Shown: in pieces, positions 10,978 through 19,934 of the stretch
Position numbering within the stretch: the stretch's first letter is position 1
Layout: each line of letters starts with the position of its first letter
Origin: Lachnospiraceae bacterium
GTDB taxonomy: Bacteria > Bacillota > Clostridia > Lachnospirales > Lachnospiraceae
NCBI GenBank assembly: GCA_016291655.1
Contig: JAEEYF010000089.1
Coordinates: 40,197-104,196 of the forward strand
Length of the DNA: 64,000 bases
Direction: 5' to 3'
Notes under the pieces: generated by a model
The model's database searches: none
What the model saw: only the letters and a program-made list of their open reading frames with translations
What the model was told of the DNA's origin: nothing
Position numbers and translations under genes: made by a program

Positions 10978-12667
10978 GCTAAAAAAATTCATAGGCGGTT
11001 TGATCGCGGCATTGATCTTTGTGTCAGCGATCCCGCCTTTTTATGCTGAAGCGGCTGCCGTCGGTGAACTGAATGAGGTCATCGACGGTATTGTTGCTTA
11101 TGAAGAAAAAACAGAAGACTGTTTTGATGCCGTGGAATGGATAAAGGCATTGGAAGCCACAGCGGGAAGCGGCTCCGAGTGGTTTGTGATCGGGGCTTCG
11201 GCTGCAGGAATAGAGGCTGACTACGAAAGCTATGCCTGTAAGCTGGTTGAATATGCGGAGAACAACAGTATCCCGAGCGCAACCGCAAAGCAGAGGATAG
11301 CTATCGCTATGATGGCCTGCGGTGAAAAGGACAATGAATTTATAAGGAGTACGGCTGAGGAAGAGAGCGACAAGCTCGGGATCATGAGCCGGGTTTTCGG
11401 ACTTCATCTGCTTAACAATGATGTTGCCGCAAACAAGGTTACAAAGGAGGAGCTGACAGAGCAGATCCTCGGTTTAAGGAAATCCGACGGCGGATGGGCC
11501 ATTATGGGAACGGTATCGGATGTGGATGTTACCGCCATGGCGATCCAGGCTCTGGCGCCTCTTGTGAAGGAAAACAAAGAGGTTGAAGAAGCGGTTGACC
11601 GTGCGTTGGGGATACTGTCGGAAAAACAGCTCGATAACGGCGGATATGCAGGCTTCGGGAATGAGAACCCGGAGAGCGCGGCTCAGGTGGTGATCGCACT
11701 CACTTCCTTAGGTATCGATCCGCTTACGGATGAACGATTTATTAAAAACGAAAACACAGTCCTTGACGGATTTTTGAGATACAGAAGAGAGGACGGAAGC
11801 TTTGCTCACGTCATAGACGGAGAGGCAAATGTTTCCGCGACCTATCAGGCGCTTTTGGCCTTGGCTTCAATTAAAAAGATGAGGGAAGGCAGAGGGGGAC
11901 TGTACGATCTGAGTGAAGCTCGGTTTGTGAAGTCCGAGGAACAGGGAACTACGGAAGAGGTCAAGCCCACGGCAACCGAAGCTCCGACACCCACGGCTGT
12001 TCCGACTGTAACGGTCGAAACACCCGCGGAGAGTGAAGATACGTCGAAAGCAGCAGATATCGATATTAAAACGGTTGTCATTACGGGGACGATCCTTTTG
12101 GGGATCGTGGCAGCTCTGGTGCTTTTCATTACAGGGCACAGAAACCGGAAAAACTATATCTTTGTGGGAGGCATATGCCTGCTAATCTGTGTTGCTGCCC
12201 TCTTTACAAGGTTCAGCACCCGTGAAGCCTATTATTCCGGTTCGGGGACCGGTAAAGAAGCGCCCATAGGAACCGTGACCCTGACCATAAGGTGCGACAC
12301 GGTAAAGAATGAGGCGGACAGAAGGTACATACCCGAGGATGGGGTCATCCTGCCTGTCACGACCTATGAGATAGAAGAGGGCGACACGGTGTATGATATA
12401 CTCGTGGAAGCCGTAAAGGAACATAATATACAGATGGAAAACAGAGGCTCCGCCACAGGTGCTCACGGAATGGTCTACATTGCGGGGATCGCCTATCTCT
12501 ATGAGCAGCAGTTCGGAGAATTGTCCGGCTGGATATATCATGTGAACGGAGTTGCCCCGTCCTACGGCTGCGGAGATTGTGTGCTAAAGGACGGAGATGT
12601 GGTGGAGTGGCTGTACACAAGGGATCTTGGCAGGGATCTCGGTGAGAACTTCGATGACTGGGAGTGA
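10967..12667 (+). CDS. Transcobalamin/intrinsic-factor-like surface protein: alpha/alpha-toroid (prenyltransferase/squalene-cyclase-like repeats) plus two TMs plus a C-terminal DUF4430 domain
   Basis: Start re-picked at the ATG overlapping the upstream stop (signal peptide MKDKLKKFIGGLIAALIFVSAIPPFYAEAAA). Repeats of the QxxxGGW type (SDGGWAIMG, LDNGGYAGFG, REDGSFAHV). Two TM helices. C-terminal DUF4430 (GWIYHVNGVAPSYGCGDCVLKDGDVVEWLY). Confidence 0.65.
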   Translation: MKDKLKKFIGGLIAALIFVSAIPPFYAEAAAVGELNEVIDGIVAYEEKTEDCFDAVEWIKALEATAGSGSEWFVIGASAAGIEADYESYACKLVEYAENNSIPSATAKQRIAIAMMACGEKDNEFIRSTAEEESDKLGIMSRVFGLHLLNNDVAANKVTKEELTEQILGLRKSDGGWAIMGTVSDVDVTAMAIQALAPLVKENKEVEEAVDRALGILSEKQLDNGGYAGFGNENPESAAQVVIALTSLGIDPLTDERFIKNENTVLDGFLRYRREDGSFAHVIDGEANVSATYQALLALASIKKMREGRGGLYDLSEARFVKSEEQGTTEEVKPTATEAPTPTAVPTVTVETPAESEDTSKAADIDIKTVVITGTILLGIVAALVLFITGHRNRKNYIFVGGICLLICVAALFTRFSTREAYYSGSGTGKEAPIGTVTLTIRCDTVKNEADRRYIPEDGVILPVTTYEIEEGDTVYDILVEAVKEHNIQMENRGSATGAHGMVYIAGIAYLYEQQFGELSGWIYHVNGVAPSYGCGDCVLKDGDVVEWLYTRDLGRDLGENFDDWE

Positions 12668-12673
12668 TGAACG

Positions 12674-13552
12674 GTGACGGCATATTCGGAATACAATCCA
12701 ATAGTGATCTTCCTGTATTTCATAATGGTTGCGGGACCGGTAATGTTCATCATGAATCCGGTCCTTCCGGCAAGCTCTCTTTTTGGTGCGGTCATATGTT
12801 TCGCGCTACGGGAGCGGAGGGAAAAAGACCGTTCTATAGCCGCCTTCGTGCTCCTTTTTCTGTTGTTGGCTCTTTTGAATCCCTTGTTCCATCATAACGG
12901 TGTAACGGTGCTGTTTTTGATAAATGACAATCCTATCACGCTGGAGGCGCTGTTTTACGGACTTACTTCTTCAACCATGGTGATAGCCGTGATCTTTTGG
13001 TTCAGAAGCTTTTCGAGACTGATGACCGGAGACAGGCTGCTTTATGTATTCGGAAAGGCTTCCCCCAAATTTGCGCTGATGTTGTCAATGGCACTGAGGT
13101 ATATTCCCTTGTTTGCAGAGCAGGCAAGGAAGATAAAGACGGCCAGACGGGCAATGGGGGCATATGAGGAGGAGAATCTCTGGGACACGGTAAGAGGCAG
13201 CGTGAAGGTTTTTGTGTCTCTTGCGGGTTGGAGTCTTGAAAACGGCATAATCACCGCCGACAGCATGGAAGCCAGAGGGTACGGCTCGGGGAAGAGGACG
13301 TTTTTTTCCAGATATGTATTCGGGAAAAAGGATTGGTTAGCACTATTGATCATTGCGGTTTCAAGCGGGGGAGTGATCGCCGGAAAGATCTTCGGTTGTC
13401 TGGACTTTGAGTTCTATCCGAAGGCTGAGGGAGATCTGTTTTCAAAAGGAGCCCTCTTGTCATATGCCTGCTACTTTGTTTTGACGATCCTGCCTTTGAT
13501 CGATAGGATCGCGGAAAGGGAAAAATGGAAATATTTAGAGTCGAAGATCTGA
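12674..13552 (+). CDS. ecfT: ECF transporter transmembrane component (EcfT/CbiQ family)
   Basis: GTG start after RBS GGGAG. Polytopic membrane protein with the EcfT signature region (ARRAMGAY, coupling helices). In an operon with the ECF ATPase. Confidence 0.8.
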   Translation: MTAYSEYNPIVIFLYFIMVAGPVMFIMNPVLPASSLFGAVICFALRERREKDRSIAAFVLLFLLLALLNPLFHHNGVTVLFLINDNPITLEALFYGLTSSTMVIAVIFWFRSFSRLMTGDRLLYVFGKASPKFALMLSMALRYIPLFAEQARKIKTARRAMGAYEEENLWDTVRGSVKVFVSLAGWSLENGIITADSMEARGYGSGKRTFFSRYVFGKKDWLALLIIAVSSGGVIAGKIFGCLDFEFYPKAEGDLFSKGALLSYACYFVLTILPLIDRIAEREKWKYLESKI

Positions 13553-15165
13553 ATTTTACATATGCCTTGGGGAACAAGCCGGCATTGAAGCAGGTGAGTT
13601 TTAAGGTTTCACGCGGTGATCTTGTCACCGTCTGCGGAGCTACGGGATCGGGGAAATCCACTCTTTTAAGGCTTCTTAAAAAGGAGCTCTCGCCCGTGGG
13701 AAAGAAAGAGGGAAGGATACTCTTCAAAGGAAAGGATCTCGATTCCATGTCCGTGAGGGAGAGTGCTTCCGCAATCGGTTTTGTGATGCAGAAGCCGGAG
13801 CAGCAGATTGTGACCGACAAGGTGTGGCACGAGCTGGCTTTCGGTCTTGAAAATCTGGGCGTGGACAACGCTTCCGTAAGAAGGCGCGTGTCGGAGATGG
13901 CAAGCTATTTCGGCATAGAAAGCTGGTTTGAAAAAAGCGTTACGGAACTTTCGGGAGGACAGAAACAGCTTCTTAATCTGGCGGCTGTAATGGTGATGCA
14001 ACCCGAGGTGCTTCTGTTGGATGAGCCCACAGCTCAGTTGGATCCCATAGCGGCAGCGGATTTTATGGCTACGGTGGCAAAGCTGAACAGGGAATTGGCC
14101 CTGACGGTGATAATTACCGAACACAGACTGGAGAATGTGATCTCCGTTTCGGACAAGCTCATGGCATTGGACAAGGGAGAAGTGAGGGCTTACGGAAAAA
14201 CCGGGGAAACGGTAGCGGAACTGACAGGTGAAAAGACCTTGCTGGAGGGTATGCCTGCAGCGGTAAGACTTTATGCGGGATTAAAAAACGCGGGAGTTCC
14301 CATGAAAGGGGAGTGTCCTTTGGATGTGTGCGAAGGACGCCGCTTTATAGAAAGCAATTTTCCGAATCATATAGATACATTGAGCTTGAAAAAGAGAAAA
14401 AGAAGTGACGAAACGGTCCTGAAGTTTACGAATGTATTTTTCAGGTACGAAAAAAATATGCCTGATGCGGTCGGAAACATGAACTTCGAGGTGCACAGAG
14501 GCGAGATCTTCTGTCTCCTCGGAGGAAACGGTTCGGGAAAATCCACCACCCTTTCTCTGGCAGCGGGAGTAAGGAAAGCCTATGCGGGAGAGATCAGGAT
14601 ATTCGGCAAAAGGCTCAAGGATTACAAGGCAGGATCTCTTTACAAGGGCTGCGTATCCATGCTTCCACAGGATGTTCAGACGTTGTTCATAGCGGATACG
14701 GTGAAAGAGGAACTGGAGGAAGTAAGATTCAGACCGGAGCTCCTGCCCTTCGATCTTTCACAACTTTCAGAGCGTCATCCCTATGACCTTTCGGGCGGTG
14801 AACAGCAATTGCTCGGACTTGCGAAGGTGATGGCATCGGATCCCAAACTGCTGCTTCTGGATGAGCCCACAAAAGGGCTGGATGCATATGCAAAAAAGGA
14901 AATAGCGGGAGTTTTGAGGAAACTCAGAGACCGTGGGGTGACCATAGTGTTTGTTACCCATGATGTGGAGTTTGCAGCTGCGCTGGCAGACAGATGCGCT
15001 CTTGTATTCAGGGGAGAAGTGACATCGGAAGGAGAGACCGCCGGCTTCTTTTCGGAAAATAGCTTTTACACTACGGCCGCGAATCGCATGACCAGAGGCT
15101 ACTATAACGGCATCCTGCGGGTTCGCGAGGCTGAGGAGATCATTAAATTAAATGTTTGTCATTAA
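13525..15165 (+). CDS. ecfA: ECF transporter ATPase, fused EcfA-EcfA' (two ABC domains)
   Basis: Two Walker A motifs (GATGSGKST, GGNGSGKST), two ABC signatures (LSGGQKQ, LSGGEQQ) and two Walker B motifs (LLLDEP). 546 aa. Confidence 0.9.
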   Translation: MEIFRVEDLNFTYALGNKPALKQVSFKVSRGDLVTVCGATGSGKSTLLRLLKKELSPVGKKEGRILFKGKDLDSMSVRESASAIGFVMQKPEQQIVTDKVWHELAFGLENLGVDNASVRRRVSEMASYFGIESWFEKSVTELSGGQKQLLNLAAVMVMQPEVLLLDEPTAQLDPIAAADFMATVAKLNRELALTVIITEHRLENVISVSDKLMALDKGEVRAYGKTGETVAELTGEKTLLEGMPAAVRLYAGLKNAGVPMKGECPLDVCEGRRFIESNFPNHIDTLSLKKRKRSDETVLKFTNVFFRYEKNMPDAVGNMNFEVHRGEIFCLLGGNGSGKSTTLSLAAGVRKAYAGEIRIFGKRLKDYKAGSLYKGCVSMLPQDVQTLFIADTVKEELEEVRFRPELLPFDLSQLSERHPYDLSGGEQQLLGLAKVMASDPKLLLLDEPTKGLDAYAKKEIAGVLRKLRDRGVTIVFVTHDVEFAAALADRCALVFRGEVTSEGETAGFFSENSFYTTAANRMTRGYYNGILRVREAEEIIKLNVCH

Positions 15166-15838
15166 GGATCGGACAATAAGAAATATTATCAGATTTGCTG
15201 TTCCGTTTTTGCTGATACCTGCGGCGGTGGCTGTTGGAGTGTTTGTATTCGACGACAAGTCATATGCCTTTGTGTCCCTGGCGGTTGCGGGGCTTTCGGT
15301 GCTGCTCTTTACTGCCGGATTCGAACGCAGGCGCACGGGAACAGGGCGCATGGCTGTGGTCGCCGTGATCGTGGCACTGACCGTGGTGGGGCGTTTCATC
15401 CCCTACTTTAAGCCGGTGGCGGCGCTGACAGTGATCGCAGGCATATATCTTGGCAGCGAAGCGGGCTTTCTCGTGGGGGCCTTGGCAGCGGTGATCTCCA
15501 ACTTCTACTTCGGTCAGGGACCCTGGACACCCTTCCAGATGCTGGCATGGGGTATGATAGGCCTGATCGCGGGCTTTTTGGGCGAGATTTTAAAACGCAG
15601 CCGTGTTTCGCTTGCCGTATACGGTGTTTTTTCGGGTGTTTTCTTTTCTCTTGTGATGGATGTTTGGACCGTTCTCTGGTATAATAAAACATTTGACGGA
15701 AGCATGTATCTCGCGGCATTGGTCACCGCTGCGCCTTACACGGTCCTCTATGCGGTTTCCAACATATTTTTCCTGATGGTGCTGAAAAAGCCTTTCGGAG
15801 AAAAACTTGAACGCATATGCATAAAGTACAGATTATGA
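15152..15838 (+). CDS. ECF transporter substrate-specific (S) component, probably cobalamin-specific (CbrT-like)
   Basis: 228-aa six-TM protein immediately after ecfAA'. Context: B12 riboswitch plus DUF4430 proteins. The CbrT assignment rests on context only. Confidence 0.6.
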   Translation: MFVIKDRTIRNIIRFAVPFLLIPAAVAVGVFVFDDKSYAFVSLAVAGLSVLLFTAGFERRRTGTGRMAVVAVIVALTVVGRFIPYFKPVAALTVIAGIYLGSEAGFLVGALAAVISNFYFGQGPWTPFQMLAWGMIGLIAGFLGEILKRSRVSLAVYGVFSGVFFSLVMDVWTVLWYNKTFDGSMYLAALVTAAPYTVLYAVSNIFFLMVLKKPFGEKLERICIKYRL

Positions 15839-15905
15839 CACCACAACCCCGTCCCCGGGTGTCAAATGAACCCCGGTGAACCCCGGGGACGGGGTTGTGG
15901 TGTCA
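15836..15905. repeat. REP/MITE-family palindrome, copy 2 (tgacaccacaaccccgtccccggg ... ccccggggacggggttgtggtgtca); probably also acts as a terminator of the ECF operon
   Basis: Perfect 24-bp arms with a 21-nt loop containing a tandem tgaaccccgg repeat, followed by TTTTT. Confidence 0.7.
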
Positions 15906-15926
15906 TTTTTACGGAGGTATGTTTAT

Positions 15927-16655
15927 ATGAAGATATGGGCACACAGAGGGTGCAGTCAGATGTACCCCGAGAACACGTTGACGGCTTTTGGAAAGGCGGC
16001 AAAGATCCCCGGTCTGGAGGGCATAGAACTGGATATTCAGTTTACTTCCGACGGGCATATGGTGGTGATACATGACGAAAGAGTGGACAGGACCACAAAC
16101 GGAAAAGGGTTTGTAAGAGATTACACCCTTAAAGAGATACAGGCGCTCAGGATCGATTCCGTAAACGGAGAGATCGAGAAGATCCCCACCATCAACGAGG
16201 TTTTGGATCTGATCGGACCTGCCATGAGAAAAGGCCTGAAATTGAATATCGAGCTTAAAACGAGTGTTTATCCGTACATAGGCATAGAGAAAAAGATCGT
16301 GGAGCTGGTGAAAGAGAGAGGACTTACGGACAGGATCGTGTGGAGTTCTTTTTCGGCCCTGTCACTGCCCATAATACGTGAGCTTTTACCGGATGCGGAC
16401 ATAGGAATGCTGGCGGACAGAGCATCCGACTGCATGAGGATACACAAGGCGGGAATTGGCACAAATGCCCTCCATCCCTATGCTCGTGCAATGGATCTGA
16501 GCAAAGAAGAATTGGAGGGCATGACCGTTCGTGCCTGGTTTTTAAAGCATCTTTATCCTGAAAAACCCACGGGCAACAGGCTTGACTTTAAGGTGCTTGA
16601 GGAACAGGGCATTACCGATGTTTTCCTTAATGAACCTGAAGTGTACCTGCAATAA
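15927..16655 (+). CDS. Glycerophosphodiester phosphodiesterase (GDPD family)
   Basis: MKIWAHRG...ENT motif (catalytic His/Arg), E.D metal ligands and TIM-barrel GDPD organisation. RBS GGAGG before the ATG at 15927. The ORF-track start at 15876 lies inside the REP element. Confidence 0.85.
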   Translation: MKIWAHRGCSQMYPENTLTAFGKAAKIPGLEGIELDIQFTSDGHMVVIHDERVDRTTNGKGFVRDYTLKEIQALRIDSVNGEIEKIPTINEVLDLIGPAMRKGLKLNIELKTSVYPYIGIEKKIVELVKERGLTDRIVWSSFSALSLPIIRELLPDADIGMLADRASDCMRIHKAGIGTNALHPYARAMDLSKEELEGMTVRAWFLKHLYPEKPTGNRLDFKVLEEQGITDVFLNEPEVYLQ

Positions 16656-16881
16656 GCTGTTCTTTTTCAGCACGGGAGAGGTGTTTTATGTGCCATTCAA
16701 GGCTCATGGCCTCTTCCTTGGTTTCGGATTCCTTCACCCACACAAGTTCAACGGGGCGCTGGGAACGCGTGCATTTGCTGGCGGTACCCGCGTTGTGGGC
16801 GGCGAGACGTTTTTCGATGTCATTTGTCCACCCGCAATAGTAATTACCGTTTTTCAATTTCAGGATATAAGTATAATTCAT
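16627..16881 (-). CDS. GIY-YIG nuclease family protein (UPF0213/YhbQ-like)
   Basis: YILKLKNGNYYCGWTNDIEKRLAAHN is the GIY-YIG signature. 84 aa. The start overlaps the ribU stop (ATGA). The 3' end overlaps the convergent GDPD gene by 29 nt. Confidence 0.8.
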   Translation of the reverse strand: MNYTYILKLKNGNYYCGWTNDIEKRLAAHNAGTASKCTRSQRPVELVWVKESETKEEAMSLEWHIKHLSRAEKEQLIAGTLQVH

Positions 16882-17492
16882 TTTTTATTCTCTGTATTAA
16901 AACCCTTTATGACTCTGCTGAGAGGTTTGTAGATCAGAATAACTATTACGGAAGCGATCACGGACTTGATGACATTGAGGGGGATCGTACCGAAAAGAAT
17001 GAGGGTGGTCATTCCGGTAATGCTTGAATTTGCTTTCGCGGCGCCTCCGATAACACGCTCCATTCCTCCGAAGGCCTTGGCATAGGCGGGAACAAGGAGA
17101 TAGGCATTAAGCAGGCAGCCTGCGACAATGTTGCATACGGCTGCGATGCACAGTCCCACAAGAGCGCTCTTTTTGGTCTTCTTTACCTGATAGATGATGG
17201 AAGCGGGAAGGATAAAGGAAAGCCCGATAAGGAAATTCGCAAGCTCTCCGATACCTGCGGTAACAGTACCCTTGATCAGGAACTTGATGAGGATCTTGAA
17301 GGCTTCGATGATCACACCCGCAACAGGTCCCATGGCATATGCACCGATGAGCACCGGGATCTCACTGAAATCGATCTTATAAAAAGAAGGCAGGAAGGGT
17401 ACGGGGAAATCAAGAAACATAAGAACTGCGGCAATGGCAGCGAGCATAGCTCCCGCGGTCATCAACCGGGGACTTTTAAAAAAGTTTTTCAT
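16878..17492 (-). CDS. ribU: ECF transporter S component for riboflavin (RibU-like)
   Basis: 204-aa membrane protein resembling B. subtilis RibU/YpaA (IDFSEIPVLIGAYAMGPVAGVIIEAFK). An FMN riboswitch lies directly upstream. Confidence 0.85.
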   Translation of the reverse strand: MKNFFKSPRLMTAGAMLAAIAAVLMFLDFPVPFLPSFYKIDFSEIPVLIGAYAMGPVAGVIIEAFKILIKFLIKGTVTAGIGELANFLIGLSFILPASIIYQVKKTKKSALVGLCIAAVCNIVAGCLLNAYLLVPAYAKAFGGMERVIGGAAKANSSITGMTTLILFGTIPLNVIKSVIASVIVILIYKPLSRVIKGFNTENKK

Positions 17493-17524
17493 AAAAAAAT
17501 CCTTTCCGACGAAAAAACGTCCAA

Positions 17525-17690
17525 CCGATTCTTCGTAAAAAAGGCAAACTCTTTCTTCTCACATCCAGACTATACTGTCGGTACCGGAATTACACCGGTT
17601 CATGCACCAAGGCTCGCGGACTTTACCGCCGGTAGGGAAATTTCGTCCCTCCCCGAAGAATCATTATTAAATTACAGGGGGAATTCTACT
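17525..17690 (-). promoter_or_regulatory. FMN riboswitch (RFN element)
   Basis: The minus-strand sequence GGGGAGGGACGAAATTTCCCTACCGGCGGTAAAGTCCGCGAGCC...CCGACAGTATAGTCTGGATGTGAGAAG matches the RFN consensus (GAAATTCCC-ACCGGCGGTA, CCGACAGT-AGTCTGGATG-GAGAAG). Confidence 0.85.
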
Positions 17691-17814
17691 TCTTTGACAA
17701 GTAATTGTCAAGTGTTTTTTAATCACAGAAAATATGATATACTTATGTATTATATATCCTTTAAAATAGACAAAAAAGAAAAAAAGACTGCAAAATATAT
17801 AGCATGGAGGCAGG

Positions 17815-19227
17815 ATGAGACATAAAAAACTATTGACAATTGCATTAACTGCGGCGATTTTTTTGACAGGATGTTCCGGTGTTCAGGGTTCCGGACAGAC
17901 CGTTACTCCGTTACCTTACGGAACGGAATTTAATGCCTTGGGGACACCCATCATAAAAGAAACTCCTGTACCGACGGATACTCCGAAGCCGACCGCAACA
18001 AGCACTCCCACAAATACTCCGAAGCCGACCGCAACAAAGAAACCCACAAACACCCCGAAGCCGACCGCAACAAAGAAACCCACATCAACCCCAAAACCTA
18101 CAAATACACCGACTCCGATACCGGATCCCAATGGGGTACCGGAATGGAGAGAGATGCTCTCACAGATGGGGACGGGCTGGAACCTCGGTAACACTTTGGA
18201 TGCAAAGGATGCCACATGGTTTACGGATGAGATGAAGTATGAGACTGCCTGGGTCGGAGAACCCAAGGTATCACAGAAGATGATAGACACCGTTGCGGAG
18301 GCGGGATTCACGACTATACGAGTTCCCGTTTCATGGCATAATCACGTGACCAAAACTGTAAGAGAGGACGGAAGCTCCTATTACAGGATCAGCGAAAAGT
18401 GGATGAAGAGAGTTCATGAGATAGTTGATTATTGCTATAACGCAGGGCTTTTTGTGATCCTTAACATACATCATGATGATGCGGATGCTTACTATGTTTA
18501 TCCCGATTCCGCCCATGAAGCGGAGTCCATGAATTACGTCGTTTCCATTTGGGAACAGATCGCAACGGAGTTCGGAGATTATGACTATCATCTGATATTT
18601 GAGACGTTGAATGAGCCCAGACTTGTGGGCGCTTCTGAATGGAATCCCGGAGCCGCGGATGCGCGTGAGGCCCAAAAGTACATTAACCGCTATAATCAGG
18701 CGGCAGTATTCACGATCCGTACAACGGAAGGAGCCTACAACGGTGTTCGTTACATCGGATGTCCCGGATATGCGGCTTCAATGTGGTCGCTGGATGGCTT
18801 TGAACTTCCTCAGGATCCTTCGGGACTCGAGGGCAGGATCATGGCTTCCGTACATGCCTATACACCCTACAACTTCGCCACCGCGAAGGAAACCTCTTTT
18901 AATTCTTCGGTTAAAAACGAGGTTGACGGCGTGTTTAACATGATAAAGAACAAGCTTTTGAGTAAAAACATTCCCGCTTACATAGGAGAGTGGGGTGTAT
19001 ATGCCGAAAAGAACAACTATGACGCAAGGATGAAGTATGTTGACTACTACATCTCATCCTCATACAAGGTAAAGGATTCTTCGGGTACACAGATAAGGAT
19101 CCCGATGATCATTTGGGACAACAACCAATATGCGACGGGTAATGAATCCTACGGCATATTGAACCGAAAGAACAATACCTGGTTTGAAGATGAATTTGTA
19201 AAAGCCATTGTAAACGCAGGGAAATAG
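17815..19227 (+). CDS. Lipoprotein glycoside hydrolase family 5 (endo-beta-1,4-glucanase/mannanase type) with a Pro/Thr-rich linker
   Basis: Lipobox LTGCSG. Repeated TPKPTATKKPTNTPKP linker. GH5 catalytic acid/base in IFETLNEPR and nucleophile in GEWG. Confidence 0.85.
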   Translation: MRHKKLLTIALTAAIFLTGCSGVQGSGQTVTPLPYGTEFNALGTPIIKETPVPTDTPKPTATSTPTNTPKPTATKKPTNTPKPTATKKPTSTPKPTNTPTPIPDPNGVPEWREMLSQMGTGWNLGNTLDAKDATWFTDEMKYETAWVGEPKVSQKMIDTVAEAGFTTIRVPVSWHNHVTKTVREDGSSYYRISEKWMKRVHEIVDYCYNAGLFVILNIHHDDADAYYVYPDSAHEAESMNYVVSIWEQIATEFGDYDYHLIFETLNEPRLVGASEWNPGAADAREAQKYINRYNQAAVFTIRTTEGAYNGVRYIGCPGYAASMWSLDGFELPQDPSGLEGRIMASVHAYTPYNFATAKETSFNSSVKNEVDGVFNMIKNKLLSKNIPAYIGEWGVYAEKNNYDARMKYVDYYISSSYKVKDSSGTQIRIPMIIWDNNQYATGNESYGILNRKNNTWFEDEFVKAIVNAGK

Positions 19228-19230
19228 AAT

Positions 19231-19262
19231 AAAGCGGTGTCTGTGACGACACCGCTTTTTTA
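19231..19262 (+). terminator. Intrinsic terminator after the GH5 gene
   Basis: aaagcggtgtc-tgtga-cgacaccgc followed by TTTTTT. Confidence 0.8.
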
Positions 19263-19430
19263 AATGATAGGATCAGACCTCAAAAAGCAAAAAAAGTGCG
19301 AGTAGAAATGGGGTTTTCATACTCGCTGAGGGGTAGTTAGGTTTAGGGTCTCTAACTGTTTTGTAGTATAGCATCCAACCTCAAAAAAGTGAATAGGTTT
19401 TTAGTCCCAATTTTTATTTTTTTAAAGTTA

Positions 19431-19459
19431 TTGACAAATATCTGTATTAGGTGTATATA
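19431..19459 (+). promoter_or_regulatory. Putative sigma-70 promoter for the gntR-ABC operon
   Basis: TTGACA at 19431-19436, a 17-nt spacer, then TATATA. Confidence 0.4.
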
Positions 19460-19538
19460 TAACACATAAACAGTAAGCGGTCGTGTGTATCAATCCGGAA
19501 GATATATGCACGCATTAATAAGTAAAGGAGGCAGGGAG

Positions 19539-19916
19539 TTGAAAATATCACAGAACAACGGTATCCCGATATATAAACAGATAGCCGATTCTTTCCGTAA
19601 CGACATACTTACGGGAAAGTTTAAGCAGGGGGAATATCTGCCGTCCATCAGAGAGTTGGCAAGAGATTTAAGGATCAGCGTCATTACAACCATGAAGGCA
19701 TATGAACAGCTGGAAATCGAAGGGCTGGTTACGGCATCTCAGGGCAAGGGCTTTTACGTGAACGCCCAGGACAGTGAAATGCTCAAAGAACAGCATCTGC
19801 GAAAGGTTGAAGAGGCGCTTTCGGCAGCCATTGAAGCGGCGCGCATAGCCGGCATGAGCCGAAACGAACTTAAGAACACACTTGATACACTTCTTGGAAT
19901 GGAAGATGTTCACTAA
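19539..19916 (+). CDS. GntR-family transcriptional regulator (YtrA subfamily, short)
   Basis: wHTH IYKQIADSFRNDILTGKFKQGEYLPSIRELARDLRISVITTMKAYEQLEIEGLV. Likely TTG start at 19539, 7 nt after RBS AAAGGAGG. The ORF-track ATG at 19485 lacks an RBS. Confidence 0.8.
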   Translation: MKISQNNGIPIYKQIADSFRNDILTGKFKQGEYLPSIRELARDLRISVITTMKAYEQLEIEGLVTASQGKGFYVNAQDSEMLKEQHLRKVEEALSAAIEAARIAGMSRNELKNTLDTLLGMEDVH

Positions 19917-19934
19917 TATCAATCGGAGGAAATT

